Below, one piece after another: positions 28,471 to 38,089 of a DNA stretch of 64,000 nucleotides. Position numbers and translations under genes: made by a program. The notes beneath the pieces were generated by a model. It had not been told where the DNA came from and ran no database searches. It saw only the letters and a program-made list of their open reading frames with translations. The stretch's first letter is position 1. Every line of letters starts with the position of its first letter. The stretch lies in contig CAWFGW010000025.1 in NCBI GenBank assembly GCA_963815495.1, positions 7,013 through 71,012 on the forward strand, in the 5' to 3' direction. The DNA is from an uncultured Cytophagales bacterium. GTDB lineage: Bacteria > Bacteroidota > Bacteroidia > Cytophagales > JAAEPT01.

Positions 28471-29172
28471 ATGTCTTTTTCAGACGAACCAATTATAAAA
28501 GTAGAAAATACGAATATTTATCAAGAAGAAGATATCGTATTGGAAGACATCTCATTTTCTATCTATAAAGGTGAGTTTGTTTATATGCTTGGACGAACTG
28601 GTTCAGGCAAAAGTTCTTTACTTAAAACACTTTATGCTGATTTATTTTTAGATAATGGATCAGTAGAGGTTGCTGGTTATCAGATTAAAGGAATTGCTAG
28701 CAAAAACATTCCCTTGCTAAGAAGAAAATTAGGTATTGTTTTCCAAGATTTTGAGCTATTTACAGATCGATCGGTTACAGAAAACCTTGAATTTGTATTA
28801 AAGGCAACGGGCTGGACCAACTCAACTAAAATGAAACAACGTATCGTTGAAGTTTTAATGCGAGTGGGTTTGGATGGTGTTGGAAGCAAGATGCCTCATC
28901 AATTATCTGGTGGAGAACAACAACGAATTGTAATTGCACGAGCCTTATTAAATGAACCCTTGTTATTAATTGCAGATGAGCCTACAGGAAATCTGGATCC
29001 AGAAGTAGCAGAAAACATACTCAATTTGTTTATCGACATTAACAAAAGTGGTACTTCAATCTTAATGGCTACACACAACCATGGATTTTTAACCAAACAT
29101 CCAGCAAGAACATTAGTTTGCAAAGACAAAAAATTGACAGATAAAGCAAAAGGAATCATAAGTGAAGAATAA
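28471..29172 (+). CDS. ftsE: Cell-division ABC ATPase FtsE-like protein
   Basis: Walker A GRTGSGKSS, signature LSGGEQQR, Walker B LLIADEP. ~230 aa with no fused TM domain. Confidence 0.7.
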   Translation: MSFSDEPIIKVENTNIYQEEDIVLEDISFSIYKGEFVYMLGRTGSGKSSLLKTLYADLFLDNGSVEVAGYQIKGIASKNIPLLRRKLGIVFQDFELFTDRSVTENLEFVLKATGWTNSTKMKQRIVEVLMRVGLDGVGSKMPHQLSGGEQQRIVIARALLNEPLLLIADEPTGNLDPEVAENILNLFIDINKSGTSILMATHNHGFLTKHPARTLVCKDKKLTDKAKGIISEE

Positions 29173-30058
29173 GGGACTTTCAATTCTTATACCTATTTAT
29201 AATTTTTCAGTAGTTGAACTAGTAAATAACCTAGTCAATCAGGCATCATTATTAGATGTACCTTTTGAAATTCGTTGTTATGATGATTTTTCCTCTGACT
29301 ACACAAAAGAGAACAGCTCAATAGAATCATTTACAAATGTTGTTTATAAAAAGCTCCCTGCTAACCAAGGTCGATCAAAAATCAGAAATTTACTGGCTTT
29401 TGAAGCAGAATATAGCACACTCCTTTTTTTAGATTGTGACTCTAAAATAAATAATTCTAATTATCTTCAACAATACCTTAATTACATCGATAAAGATTAT
29501 GTGGTTTATGGAGGCCGCTCATATCAATCTTCCCCTCCTAATAACCCAGACAAACTTTTACATTGGAAATATGGTAATACGAGAGAAACTGGTAAAGCAG
29601 AAAAACGATCCAAATGCCCCTACTACTCTTTTATGTCCAATAATTTCATCATTTCAAGAAAGCATTTTCTTCTAGTTAAAATGGATGAAACTTTGAAAGG
29701 ATATGGTTATGAAGACACTCTATTTGGAATCAGCTTAAAAACTCATGATATTAAGATTGTTCATATCGACAACCCTTTATGTCACATAGGCCTTGAAGAC
29801 AATTATATTTTTTTAAAAAAGACCCATGAAAGCATAAAAAATCTTGTCACATTAACCTCCAACAACATAAAGTTCAATACTAAATTATATAGGTATTATA
29901 AATTTATATCGAAAACTCGGTTAACTTTTATATTTGAGTTCATTTATTCAATTTTTAAAACAGGAATAGAAAAAAACCTAAAAAGCCTTTCACCCTCTCT
30001 CATCTTTTTTGACATCTACAAACTCAATCTAATTTCAAAAGAACACAGAAGCCTATAG
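29162..30058 (+). CDS. Family-2 glycosyltransferase
   Basis: LSILIPIYN start, a DDFS acidic motif and DCD (DxD). 298 aa. Confidence 0.65.
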   Translation: MKNKGLSILIPIYNFSVVELVNNLVNQASLLDVPFEIRCYDDFSSDYTKENSSIESFTNVVYKKLPANQGRSKIRNLLAFEAEYSTLLFLDCDSKINNSNYLQQYLNYIDKDYVVYGGRSYQSSPPNNPDKLLHWKYGNTRETGKAEKRSKCPYYSFMSNNFIISRKHFLLVKMDETLKGYGYEDTLFGISLKTHDIKIVHIDNPLCHIGLEDNYIFLKKTHESIKNLVTLTSNNIKFNTKLYRYYKFISKTRLTFIFEFIYSIFKTGIEKNLKSLSPSLIFFDIYKLNLISKEHRSL

Positions 30059-30061
30059 TGA

Positions 30062-30796
30062 CTAAAGTGATTCATTCAGGTTAGTTAGTGCTTTTAAAAA
30101 GTCTTCTCGAACTTGTTGAGCATACGGGTTTTCTTTTTCAATTGTGTAAAACAAATCCAACGAATCTTTTCCCAACGTTTGTTTAATTTCCAACAAAAAC
30201 TGATAGGCTTTAGTTTTCTGTTCTACATCAGGAATATCCATCGCATTTACCGCTCTACCAATAAAATGTGTTAATGCTTGTACATAAGCCATCTGTTGAT
30301 CGTGTACCTCAGGAGTTCTTATTAAAACATTTAACTTCAATTTATCTTCAAAAAAGTGAACTAGCTTTAAATCGATATCTCTTTGAGAAGGACATATGAC
30401 CATATTTAACCCTTCAATTCCGTTTTTACCACTCATAGGCCCAAACAAAGGGTGCGTTCCAATAATTTGAACATGGTTAGGTAATATTCTTTCCATCATT
30501 TCTAATGGACGAACTTTTACAGAAGAAACATCCACTACCCAAGTACCTGGCTTTAAATTAGGAGCCATTTCCACAAGAAGATTTTCTAAAAACTGAACAG
30601 GTACACAAGGAATCACTATTTCTGCATTGCATGCTTCCGCAACAGAAACTTGTTTTACACCAAGTGAATTTGCTTCATCAGGACGAGGGGACCGGTTCCA
30701 AACCACTACTTCAAAATGCTGAACGAGGTGTTTCACCATAAACTGTCCAAAACTTCCAAATCCCAATAAGCCAAGCTTCCTCATCTCTTTTTTCAT
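30062..30796 (-). CDS. Prephenate/arogenate dehydrogenase family protein (start at MKKEMRKLG, TGATG overlap with the upstream stop)
   Basis: GLLGFGSFGQF dinucleotide fold and the HPLFGP motif. ATG at 30796-30794 shares one base with the TGA of the upstream gene. Confidence 0.7.
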   Translation of the reverse strand: MKKEMRKLGLLGFGSFGQFMVKHLVQHFEVVVWNRSPRPDEANSLGVKQVSVAEACNAEIVIPCVPVQFLENLLVEMAPNLKPGTWVVDVSSVKVRPLEMMERILPNHVQIIGTHPLFGPMSGKNGIEGLNMVICPSQRDIDLKLVHFFEDKLKLNVLIRTPEVHDQQMAYVQALTHFIGRAVNAMDIPDVEQKTKAYQFLLEIKQTLGKDSLDLFYTIEKENPYAQQVREDFLKALTNLNESL

Positions 30797-32013
30797 CAAA
30801 TATAATAATATCTCTTTGGTAAATTTGAACACCACCCATTTCTTATTCCCATAAGTGTGTTTAACATAAGCTTTCCTGCGACTGGTAATTCATATACTTT
30901 TTGTATGAGAAAATCTCTCAAAAAAGGGTATTGTTTATCACCCTGAAATATTGGAGTTATCAGCCTGGAAATGGTTTGATAATAATGTACTTGCTGTGTT
31001 CTTTTTTTTGAAAAAACAGGCAAAGCAAGAAGTAAATCTTCATATTCTTTGATACATTCACTCAACATATAAGCATCAAGAAGGGCTAAGTTAGTACCTG
31101 AACTAAGCTGAGGACTCATCGCATGAGCTACATCCCCAACAAAGGCTACTCGACCTTCATAAAAATGAGAGAGTTGAGAATCATAATAGGGAGCAAAAGT
31201 TAGTTGTTCAGGATCAACAACTCGGTCAACAATGGGTGAATCGCCATAATATACTTTTATTTTTTCTCTTAATTTTCTAAAATCTGCAGTTGATTTAATG
31301 GGGTTTTCTTGTTGATTTACACCCCAAAAAAAGTTAACTAACTTAGAATCTACATCTCCCTCAATATGCGAACCTGTGGGCATTATCCCCGTCAACACTT
31401 TATCTCCGTAATGTTGTGTAAGTGTCGTTTCATCTAATTCTCCTTTTTTATAAGTAACCGTTGTCCACAGTGCGGAATTAGGTTGCTGAATACTTTTTTT
31501 AGTAACAGAAAAATTATCCCTCAACATTGACCGCGAACCATTGGAGATGATTACAAAATCATATCCCTCAAAAACTTGTCGACCAGAATATAAAGTTACT
31601 TTTTTTTCATTTTGGTCTATGTTATCAATGGGGGTGCCTTTTAATAAGTTAACATTTGAAATATTATCTAAAGCTTTAATTAAAGTTGAAAACAGAAGCC
31701 CTCTATGCACTCCTCTACCACAAGCTTCAGGAAACAAATCTCTAAAATCGATATCAATGACCACTTCATTACTTCGATGATGCACGCCCTGAAATTTATA
31801 GATAGGAGTTGAATTCTCATCTATTAAATTTTTAAAACCTAATAGAGTCATCATTTTGTAGCCAGTAGGCTGCATCATTATTCCAGCACCAAGGGGCCGA
31901 GGATTTTCTTCCCGCTCAAAAACAGTAATATGATGTCCTTGTTTTGCTAAAAAATTTGCAGCTGCCGAACCAGCAATACCACCACCAACAATTCCAATTT
32001 TAAGTTGATTCAA
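30796..32013 (-). CDS. FAD-dependent monooxygenase (aromatic-ring hydroxylase-like)
   Basis: IGIVGGGIAGSAAANFLAKQGH (GxGxxG) and the later GDVAHAMSPQLSSG FAD motif. Confidence 0.8.
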   Translation of the reverse strand: MNQLKIGIVGGGIAGSAAANFLAKQGHHITVFEREENPRPLGAGIMMQPTGYKMMTLLGFKNLIDENSTPIYKFQGVHHRSNEVVIDIDFRDLFPEACGRGVHRGLLFSTLIKALDNISNVNLLKGTPIDNIDQNEKKVTLYSGRQVFEGYDFVIISNGSRSMLRDNFSVTKKSIQQPNSALWTTVTYKKGELDETTLTQHYGDKVLTGIMPTGSHIEGDVDSKLVNFFWGVNQQENPIKSTADFRKLREKIKVYYGDSPIVDRVVDPEQLTFAPYYDSQLSHFYEGRVAFVGDVAHAMSPQLSSGTNLALLDAYMLSECIKEYEDLLLALPVFSKKRTQQVHYYQTISRLITPIFQGDKQYPFLRDFLIQKVYELPVAGKLMLNTLMGIRNGWCSNLPKRYYYI

Positions 32014-32019
32014 AGGGAT

Positions 32020-32640
32020 TTATCTTCTGTTTAATTCATCTCTAATCCGTGCTGCTAATTCATACTTTTCATCTTGTAAAGCATCTTCAAGCATCACCTC
32101 TAGTTGTTGAACAGAAAACTCATCTAAGTTGTTTGATTGTATTTGAGTTTTTGCCTCCTCTACAGCCTTTTCCATCTCTTCCTCCTCTAGTTCCTCCTCT
32201 GCCTCACCAAACTCAGCTTTTTCTTCTTCCTCTGTCAACACTATTCCTGCTTCTGAAAGGATTTTTTCGTTGGTAAAAATGGGTACTTTAAAGCGTAAAG
32301 CAATGGCGATAGCATCAGATGGTCGAGAGTCAACTTCTACCGATTTAATTTCATCAGCACACACTATCCTGGCGTAGAAAATACCTTCCTTCAAATCAGA
32401 AATCATGATTTCCTGAATATCAAAATTAAACCCTTTCGCAAATTCTTTAAAAAGGTCATGAGTAAATGGGCGATGGGGAGTTATTTTTTCTATTTCAATT
32501 GCAATCGCTTGAGCCTCAGCCATTCCAATAATAATTGGCAATCGTCTTTTACCACCCACTTCACCCAATACTAAAGCAAACGAACCAGTCTGCGACTGGC
32601 TCGATGATAATCCCAATATTTCTAATTCAATCTTACTCAA
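32020..32640 (-). CDS. Bifunctional nuclease (DUF151) family protein with C-terminal UVR motif
   Basis: N-terminal LPIIIGMAEAQAIA...RPFTHDL pattern, a poly-Glu linker, and a terminal UVR-like EKYELAARIRDEL. Confidence 0.7.
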   Translation of the reverse strand: MSKIELEILGLSSSQSQTGSFALVLGEVGGKRRLPIIIGMAEAQAIAIEIEKITPHRPFTHDLFKEFAKGFNFDIQEIMISDLKEGIFYARIVCADEIKSVEVDSRPSDAIAIALRFKVPIFTNEKILSEAGIVLTEEEEKAEFGEAEEELEEEEMEKAVEEAKTQIQSNNLDEFSVQQLEVMLEDALQDEKYELAARIRDELNRR

Positions 32641-32657
32641 TTGTCTATCGCTATTTA

Positions 32658-33602
32658 TTAAGCATTTTTCAAGGCTTCGGTTAGTTTCGGAACTACTTCA
32701 AATGCATCTCCCACTATGCCATAATCAGCCGCTTTGAAAAAAGGTGCTTCTGGGTCAGTATTTATAACAACTATGACTTTCGAAGAACTTACCCCTGCAA
32801 GGTGTTGAATAGCCCCCGAAATTCCTATTGCAATATACAAATTAGGACTAATTTTTATACCTGTTTGACCAACATGTTCATGATGAGGCCTCCAATCAAC
32901 ATCAGAAACTGGTTTAGAACACGCTGTTGCGGCACCTAAAACTTTGGCTAAATCTTCTATTATACCCCAGTTTTCTGGACCTTTCAACCCTCTTCCTGCT
33001 GACACAACTAAATCAGCTTCAGGTAATAAGATATCACCTTCTTGTTTTTTAGTGCCAGTGATTTTTACTTTATTATCTGCTTCAGCAACTGTAATAGCAA
33101 CTGCTTCTACTACTGCAGATCCACTCCCCTCTTCCACATCAAAACTATTTTTCTTTATTGTCAACACTTTATTAGCTGTCTTAATAGCTACCGTGCTAAA
33201 AGCTTTACTGGTGTAAATACTCCTTTTTACCTTGTCACCATCAAGTAACCCTATTACATTAGTCACTGCAGTACCATCTAATTTTATAGCAATGCGGGAA
33301 GATATAGCTTCTCCCAATGATGAGTGAGCCATTAGCACGGTATCAGCGCCCTTATCTTTAGCTACATGGGCAATGGCACTTGCCAAAGGTTGCACCGCAT
33401 CAGCAGCAACACCAGTTAGTTTGTATACTTTAGCAACACCATATTTTCCAGCTGTCGTCAGTTCATCATCACTAATCACGTCACAAGCCAAACCATGGGC
33501 CTCTGTACCTAACTTTTTAGCTAATGCACTTGCATAAGTTAATGCCTCGAAAGATGATTTTTTGATGGTGTTATTATCGTTTTCTATAAATACTAATATC
33601 AT
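32658..33602 (-). CDS. etfA: Electron transfer flavoprotein, alpha subunit
   Basis: C-terminal FAD-binding region VGQTGIKISPNLYIAIGISGAIQHLAG. Confidence 0.9.
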   Translation of the reverse strand: MILVFIENDNNTIKKSSFEALTYASALAKKLGTEAHGLACDVISDDELTTAGKYGVAKVYKLTGVAADAVQPLASAIAHVAKDKGADTVLMAHSSLGEAISSRIAIKLDGTAVTNVIGLLDGDKVKRSIYTSKAFSTVAIKTANKVLTIKKNSFDVEEGSGSAVVEAVAITVAEADNKVKITGTKKQEGDILLPEADLVVSAGRGLKGPENWGIIEDLAKVLGAATACSKPVSDVDWRPHHEHVGQTGIKISPNLYIAIGISGAIQHLAGVSSSKVIVVINTDPEAPFFKAADYGIVGDAFEVVPKLTEALKNA

Positions 33603-33622
33603 GATTGTCGTGTTTAAGGTGA

Positions 33623-34360
33623 TTAAATTACTTTAGCTTCGTTTTTTAGCAGATTAACTAATTCCCCTACATTATCAGGAGAAATCATTTTACAAGCTCC
33701 CTTAGCTGGTGGCAATTCAAAAGAGACTACTTCACTGCCTTTTACATTAACTGAAGGTTCGATTACATTCAGTGGTTTTGTACGAGCAGACATAATTCCA
33801 CGCATGTTGGGGATTTTCCATTCAGCAATTGGCTCTTGACAGCCTGCTACAAATGGCGTCTCTACCTCAATGGTTTGTTTACCACCTTCAATTTCCTTCT
33901 CCATAATGGCTTTTGTTCCTTGAAGCTCTAGCTTCATAACGGGCGACACAGAAGGAATACCTAATAGCTCGCCAACCATTCCATGCACAACACCACCATT
34001 AAAATCAATGGACTCACGGCCCATTAAAATCATATCATAACCACCTTCTTTGGCTACGTTCGCTATTTCTTTCGCAACAAACAAGGAGTCTGTAGGCTCA
34101 GCATTGACACGAATTGCATCATCTGCTCCAATAGCTAATGCTTTTCTAATTGTCGGTTCTGTTTCGGCAGTCCCTACATTTAAAGCGGTAATCGTTCCAC
34201 CGCTTTGCTCTTTAAGCTCAACCGCGCGCGCTAAAGCGTAATCGTCATATGGACCTATAATATATTGAACGCCAGTTTTATCAAATTGTGTGTTGCCGTC
34301 TGTAAAAGCTATTTTTGAAGTAGTATCTGGCACATGAGTTATGCAAACTAATATTTTCAT
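33623..34360 (-). CDS. etfB: Electron transfer flavoprotein, beta subunit
   Basis: MKILVCITHVPDT... Size and adjacency to etfA fit. Confidence 0.9.
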   Translation of the reverse strand: MKILVCITHVPDTTSKIAFTDGNTQFDKTGVQYIIGPYDDYALARAVELKEQSGGTITALNVGTAETEPTIRKALAIGADDAIRVNAEPTDSLFVAKEIANVAKEGGYDMILMGRESIDFNGGVVHGMVGELLGIPSVSPVMKLELQGTKAIMEKEIEGGKQTIEVETPFVAGCQEPIAEWKIPNMRGIMSARTKPLNVIEPSVNVKGSEVVSFELPPAKGACKMISPDNVGELVNLLKNEAKVI

Positions 34361-34518
34361 GGTTAGGTTTTAAAGTTTAGAAATCAGAATTTAGAGATTT
34401 GAAAGCAGAACTTAAAATTGTGAAGTCACAATTCTTTAAATTTCCTTTTTCATCACTTATGACATATACTTAAGAAGGATGAAAAATGTTATGCAAAACG
34501 AGTAAATTTTCCTATTAA

Positions 34519-34827
34519 ATGTCAACAGAAAGACTTAAAAGCCTGATTTCCTTTTTGAAAGAAACTCCAGAAGACCCATTTTTAAAATATTGTCTTGCTT
34601 TAGAATATGTTAAAAATCAGGATAAGTTAGCTCAGAATTATTTTGAGGATCTACTAACCAATCACCCCGACTATTTAGCGACCTATTATTCCGCGGGAAA
34701 ATATTACGAATCACTGGATGACTTTGATCAAGCAGAGGAACTCTTTGAAAAAGGAATTGTTTTAGCCAAAAAAATAGGAGACACCAAAGCCGCAGGAGAG
34801 TTACAAACTGCTTTGGATTTACTGTAA
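34519..34827 (+). CDS. Small TPR-like protein
   Basis: 102 aa of helical-repeat sequence (YYSAGKYYESLDDFDQAEELFEKGI). Confidence 0.5.
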   Translation: MSTERLKSLISFLKETPEDPFLKYCLALEYVKNQDKLAQNYFEDLLTNHPDYLATYYSAGKYYESLDDFDQAEELFEKGIVLAKKIGDTKAAGELQTALDLL

Positions 34828-34841
34828 GAACCAACTAGTTA

Positions 34842-37199
34842 ATGAACACCTCCCTTTTATCACGAAAACATACAATTTTACTAGTTGTGATAGCTGTATG
34901 GGCAGTTCATTTTTATTTTTCATTACCTAACAACCTGTTTCAGGTCAGTTATAGTAAAATTCTTTTTTCAGCAGAAAAGCAAATTCTTTCAGTAAAGATA
35001 GCTGACGATGAACAATGGCGACTACCGTTAACTGATTCACTTTCTGACAAATACAAAACCTGCCTTATTCAATTCGAGGATGAGTCTTTTTACAACCACT
35101 TTGGTGTAAACCCCTTAAGTTTATTTCGAGCAACATACCAAAACCTTACAAAAGGATATGTTAAAAGTGGTGGTAGTACCATTACCATGCAAGTAATTCG
35201 GATGAGTAAAAAAAATCCTCCGCGAACTGTGTGGGAAAAGTTAAAAGAAATTTACTTAGCTACCCGATTAGAATTATCTTTCAACAAGGAAGAAATTCTT
35301 AACCTATATGCGGGACATGCACCTTTTGGAGGAAACATTGTAGGGATTACTGCTGCGGGTTGGAAATATTTTGGTCGGCCATTAAACGAACTTTCATGGG
35401 CTGAAGCTGCGACACTTGCTGTTTTACCCAATAGTCCATCCCTCATATTCCCTGGCAAAAACAATCATTTATTAAAAATCAAACGTGACTTCTTATTAGC
35501 TAAACTTCATAAAAACAACATTATAGATGCTCAAACATTATCACTTTCCAAAGAAGAACCACTTCCAACAAGGTTTTTAGATTTTCCAAGAAACGCGCCC
35601 CATGCATTAGAGCATTTAGTGCAACAAAATCCTCAACAAAACATTTTCCAAAGTACCCTCAACAAAAAACTACAACTACAATCAAATCAGCTTCTTAACC
35701 ATTACATCAGTGAATATGCCCACAATCACATTTACAATGGCGCTATATTAATTATAGATAATTATACGAACGAAGTTGTTTCGTACATAGGAAATAGTGA
35801 ACCATTAAAAGGTAACTTTCACGAAAATTATGTGGACTTAGTGCAAGCCCCACGAAGTACCGGAAGTATTTTAAAACCATTTTTACATGCGTCAGCGTTA
35901 GATGAGGGGTTAATAATGAGCCAATCATTACTACCTGATATCCCTACAATTATTCAAGGATTTGCACCTCAAAACTACACCAAAACCTACGAAGGGGCTG
36001 TGAAAGCGAATGTGGCTTTGGCGCGATCACTCAACATTCCTGCGGTGCGTTTATTGCAACAATATGGTTACCCAAAATTTCATTCAAAATTAAAACAATT
36101 GGGGTTGACTACTATAAATAACGAAGCTGACCATTATGGTTTATCTCTTATTTTAGGTGGTGCCGAAGCTACTTTATGGGATTTAGGAAAAATGTATTCA
36201 GGAATGGCTACTACCTTAAATAAATTTGAAAAAGCACCTTTAAACAAACCCTATTCGACAAGTTACTTTAATGAGCCACTTCTACTCAAAAAAAAGACAA
36301 CTACTGACCCTATTTATACTCAATATCCTATCCTCTCTGCTTCGGCAACTTTTGAAACATTTGAAGCATTACTCGAATTAAAACGTCCTACCGAAGAAGG
36401 TAGTTGGAAGCTGTTTGAGAACAGTAAAAAAATAGCCTGGAAAACGGGTACCAGCCATGGTTTTCGTGATGCGTGGGCTGTTGGGGTCACTCCTCATTAT
36501 ACAGTAGGAGTTTGGGTAGGTAATGCCACAGGTGAAGGAAGACCTAATTTGGTTGGCGTTCAAATGGCCGCACCGATTCTGTTTTCAATCTACAATTTAT
36601 TGCCAAATCAAGGTTGGTTTTCAGCTCCCAAAAGAGAAATGTATCAACAGCAAATTTGTTTAAAAAGCGGTTTAAAAGCTGGATTGGATTGTTTTGAGAT
36701 AGACACTTTACTAACTACTAATTCGAGTAAACAAGCTGGTATTTGCCCTTATTGCAAGAGGGTCTTTTTAAATGAACAAGGCTTACGGGTCAATTCTTCC
36801 TGTTATGATGTAGCTAAGATGCGGAAAAAACATTTTTTTGTATTACCTCCTGTAGAGGAATGGTATTATTTACAAAAGTCCGCTAACTATCAAAAGCTCC
36901 CTCAATTTGCTTACGAATGTGATCAGCATGAAACAGACTCTCCCATTGATTTCATCTACCCGCATCCACATGCAAAGCTTTATATTCCACGTCTTTTAGA
37001 AGGGGAACGGGGTCAGTTGATTTGCCAGGCCACTCATAAAAATAAACAAATGCAGTTATATTGGCATTTAGACGAACTGTATTTGGGTGCTACTTCGGAT
37101 ATTCATCATATGACGATTGATTACAAAAAAGGCAAACATACCATCACCATTCTTGATGAAGAAGGGAATAAAAAAAGTGTTGTTTTTAAGATTTTGTGA
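34842..37199 (+). CDS. pbpC: Penicillin-binding protein 1C (GT51 transglycosylase + transpeptidase + PbpC C-terminal domain)
   Basis: GT51 motifs FEDESFYNHFGVNP and GGSTITMQ, the SxxK motif STGSILKP, and a ~100-aa PbpC-type C-terminal extension. Confidence 0.85.
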   Translation: MNTSLLSRKHTILLVVIAVWAVHFYFSLPNNLFQVSYSKILFSAEKQILSVKIADDEQWRLPLTDSLSDKYKTCLIQFEDESFYNHFGVNPLSLFRATYQNLTKGYVKSGGSTITMQVIRMSKKNPPRTVWEKLKEIYLATRLELSFNKEEILNLYAGHAPFGGNIVGITAAGWKYFGRPLNELSWAEAATLAVLPNSPSLIFPGKNNHLLKIKRDFLLAKLHKNNIIDAQTLSLSKEEPLPTRFLDFPRNAPHALEHLVQQNPQQNIFQSTLNKKLQLQSNQLLNHYISEYAHNHIYNGAILIIDNYTNEVVSYIGNSEPLKGNFHENYVDLVQAPRSTGSILKPFLHASALDEGLIMSQSLLPDIPTIIQGFAPQNYTKTYEGAVKANVALARSLNIPAVRLLQQYGYPKFHSKLKQLGLTTINNEADHYGLSLILGGAEATLWDLGKMYSGMATTLNKFEKAPLNKPYSTSYFNEPLLLKKKTTTDPIYTQYPILSASATFETFEALLELKRPTEEGSWKLFENSKKIAWKTGTSHGFRDAWAVGVTPHYTVGVWVGNATGEGRPNLVGVQMAAPILFSIYNLLPNQGWFSAPKREMYQQQICLKSGLKAGLDCFEIDTLLTTNSSKQAGICPYCKRVFLNEQGLRVNSSCYDVAKMRKKHFFVLPPVEEWYYLQKSANYQKLPQFAYECDQHETDSPIDFIYPHPHAKLYIPRLLEGERGQLICQATHKNKQMQLYWHLDELYLGATSDIHHMTIDYKKGKHTITILDEEGNKKSVVFKIL

Positions 37200-37201
37200 T
37201 T

Positions 37202-38086
37202 TTATTCTAATACTATTTCTTTATTAAATGTTGCATAGCCAACAAACACACCTAACCCCCCTTCAATATTTGTTGCTGTTGTAGTTGGTTCTGAAAAAGG
37301 GCTTTCTTCGTAGGTATACGAGTACTTCAAAAATTCATAATAGGGTTTTGCTAGTTTTGTAATGACGACATTAATAGTATCATTCTCACCCAATCCATCA
37401 TTGGAACCATAGTTGTCATATAAATATAATTCACTATTGCTCACTCCTAACTTTCCACCATCCTTTCCTTGATCAGATACTAAAAAATTTAACCTCTCAC
37501 CTGAAACATAAAATCCCTGACAATCATATTCTAGACAGTTCACAAAAGCTAATCTATAATAATTATCCATTCCTTTTTCATCTATCCATGAAACTGAAAT
37601 ATTATAAAAGTCATTTGTCGAATGAGCATCTACCTTATCTACTTTAGTTTCTATATCTGAAAAATAACCTGTAGGAATAGTAGTTATAGCTGAAACCTCT
37701 TTACCATCTTCTGTGGTTACATTTAATGTATAGGTCTGCCCATATTCGATGGGAAACAATTTTGCATCGATAGTATATTTCCCTTTTTCCTCATCAAAAA
37801 CCAATGTTATAGCTGAAGAATTTGCTCTTGACAACAATACTTTAGCGTTTTGAATTACTTTTCCATTACTATAGTAATTATCGTAATCATAATCGCTATC
37901 CTGATCACTATCTGAAAAAAGAGGAGATGATTCTAATAAATAAACTGAAATTAATGTATCAGTGGGAGAAATATAAGCACTCACCACCACCCTGCTACCA
38001 TCTGTTGGTAAATCAACTTCGGACACTATATCTTCACAACCAAAAAGACCTATTACTGCAAATAAAACAACAAATAGAATTTTCAT
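37202..38086 (-). CDS. DUF4249-family lipoprotein (partner of the adjacent TonB-dependent receptor)
   Basis: Lipobox VIGLFGC. Size and position directly downstream of a CarboxypepD_reg-TBDR are typical for DUF4249. Confidence 0.6.
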   Translation of the reverse strand: MKILFVVLFAVIGLFGCEDIVSEVDLPTDGSRVVVSAYISPTDTLISVYLLESSPLFSDSDQDSDYDYDNYYSNGKVIQNAKVLLSRANSSAITLVFDEEKGKYTIDAKLFPIEYGQTYTLNVTTEDGKEVSAITTIPTGYFSDIETKVDKVDAHSTNDFYNISVSWIDEKGMDNYYRLAFVNCLEYDCQGFYVSGERLNFLVSDQGKDGGKLGVSNSELYLYDNYGSNDGLGENDTINVVITKLAKPYYEFLKYSYTYEESPFSEPTTTATNIEGGLGVFVGYATFNKEIVLE

Positions 38087-38089
38087 GAA

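Noticed and set aside
32100-32230. GAA/GAG-rich repetitive stretch
   Set aside because: It encodes the poly-Glu linker (EEEKAEFGEAEEELEEEEMEKAVEEA) of the bifunctional nuclease. This is compositional, not a DNA-level repeat element.
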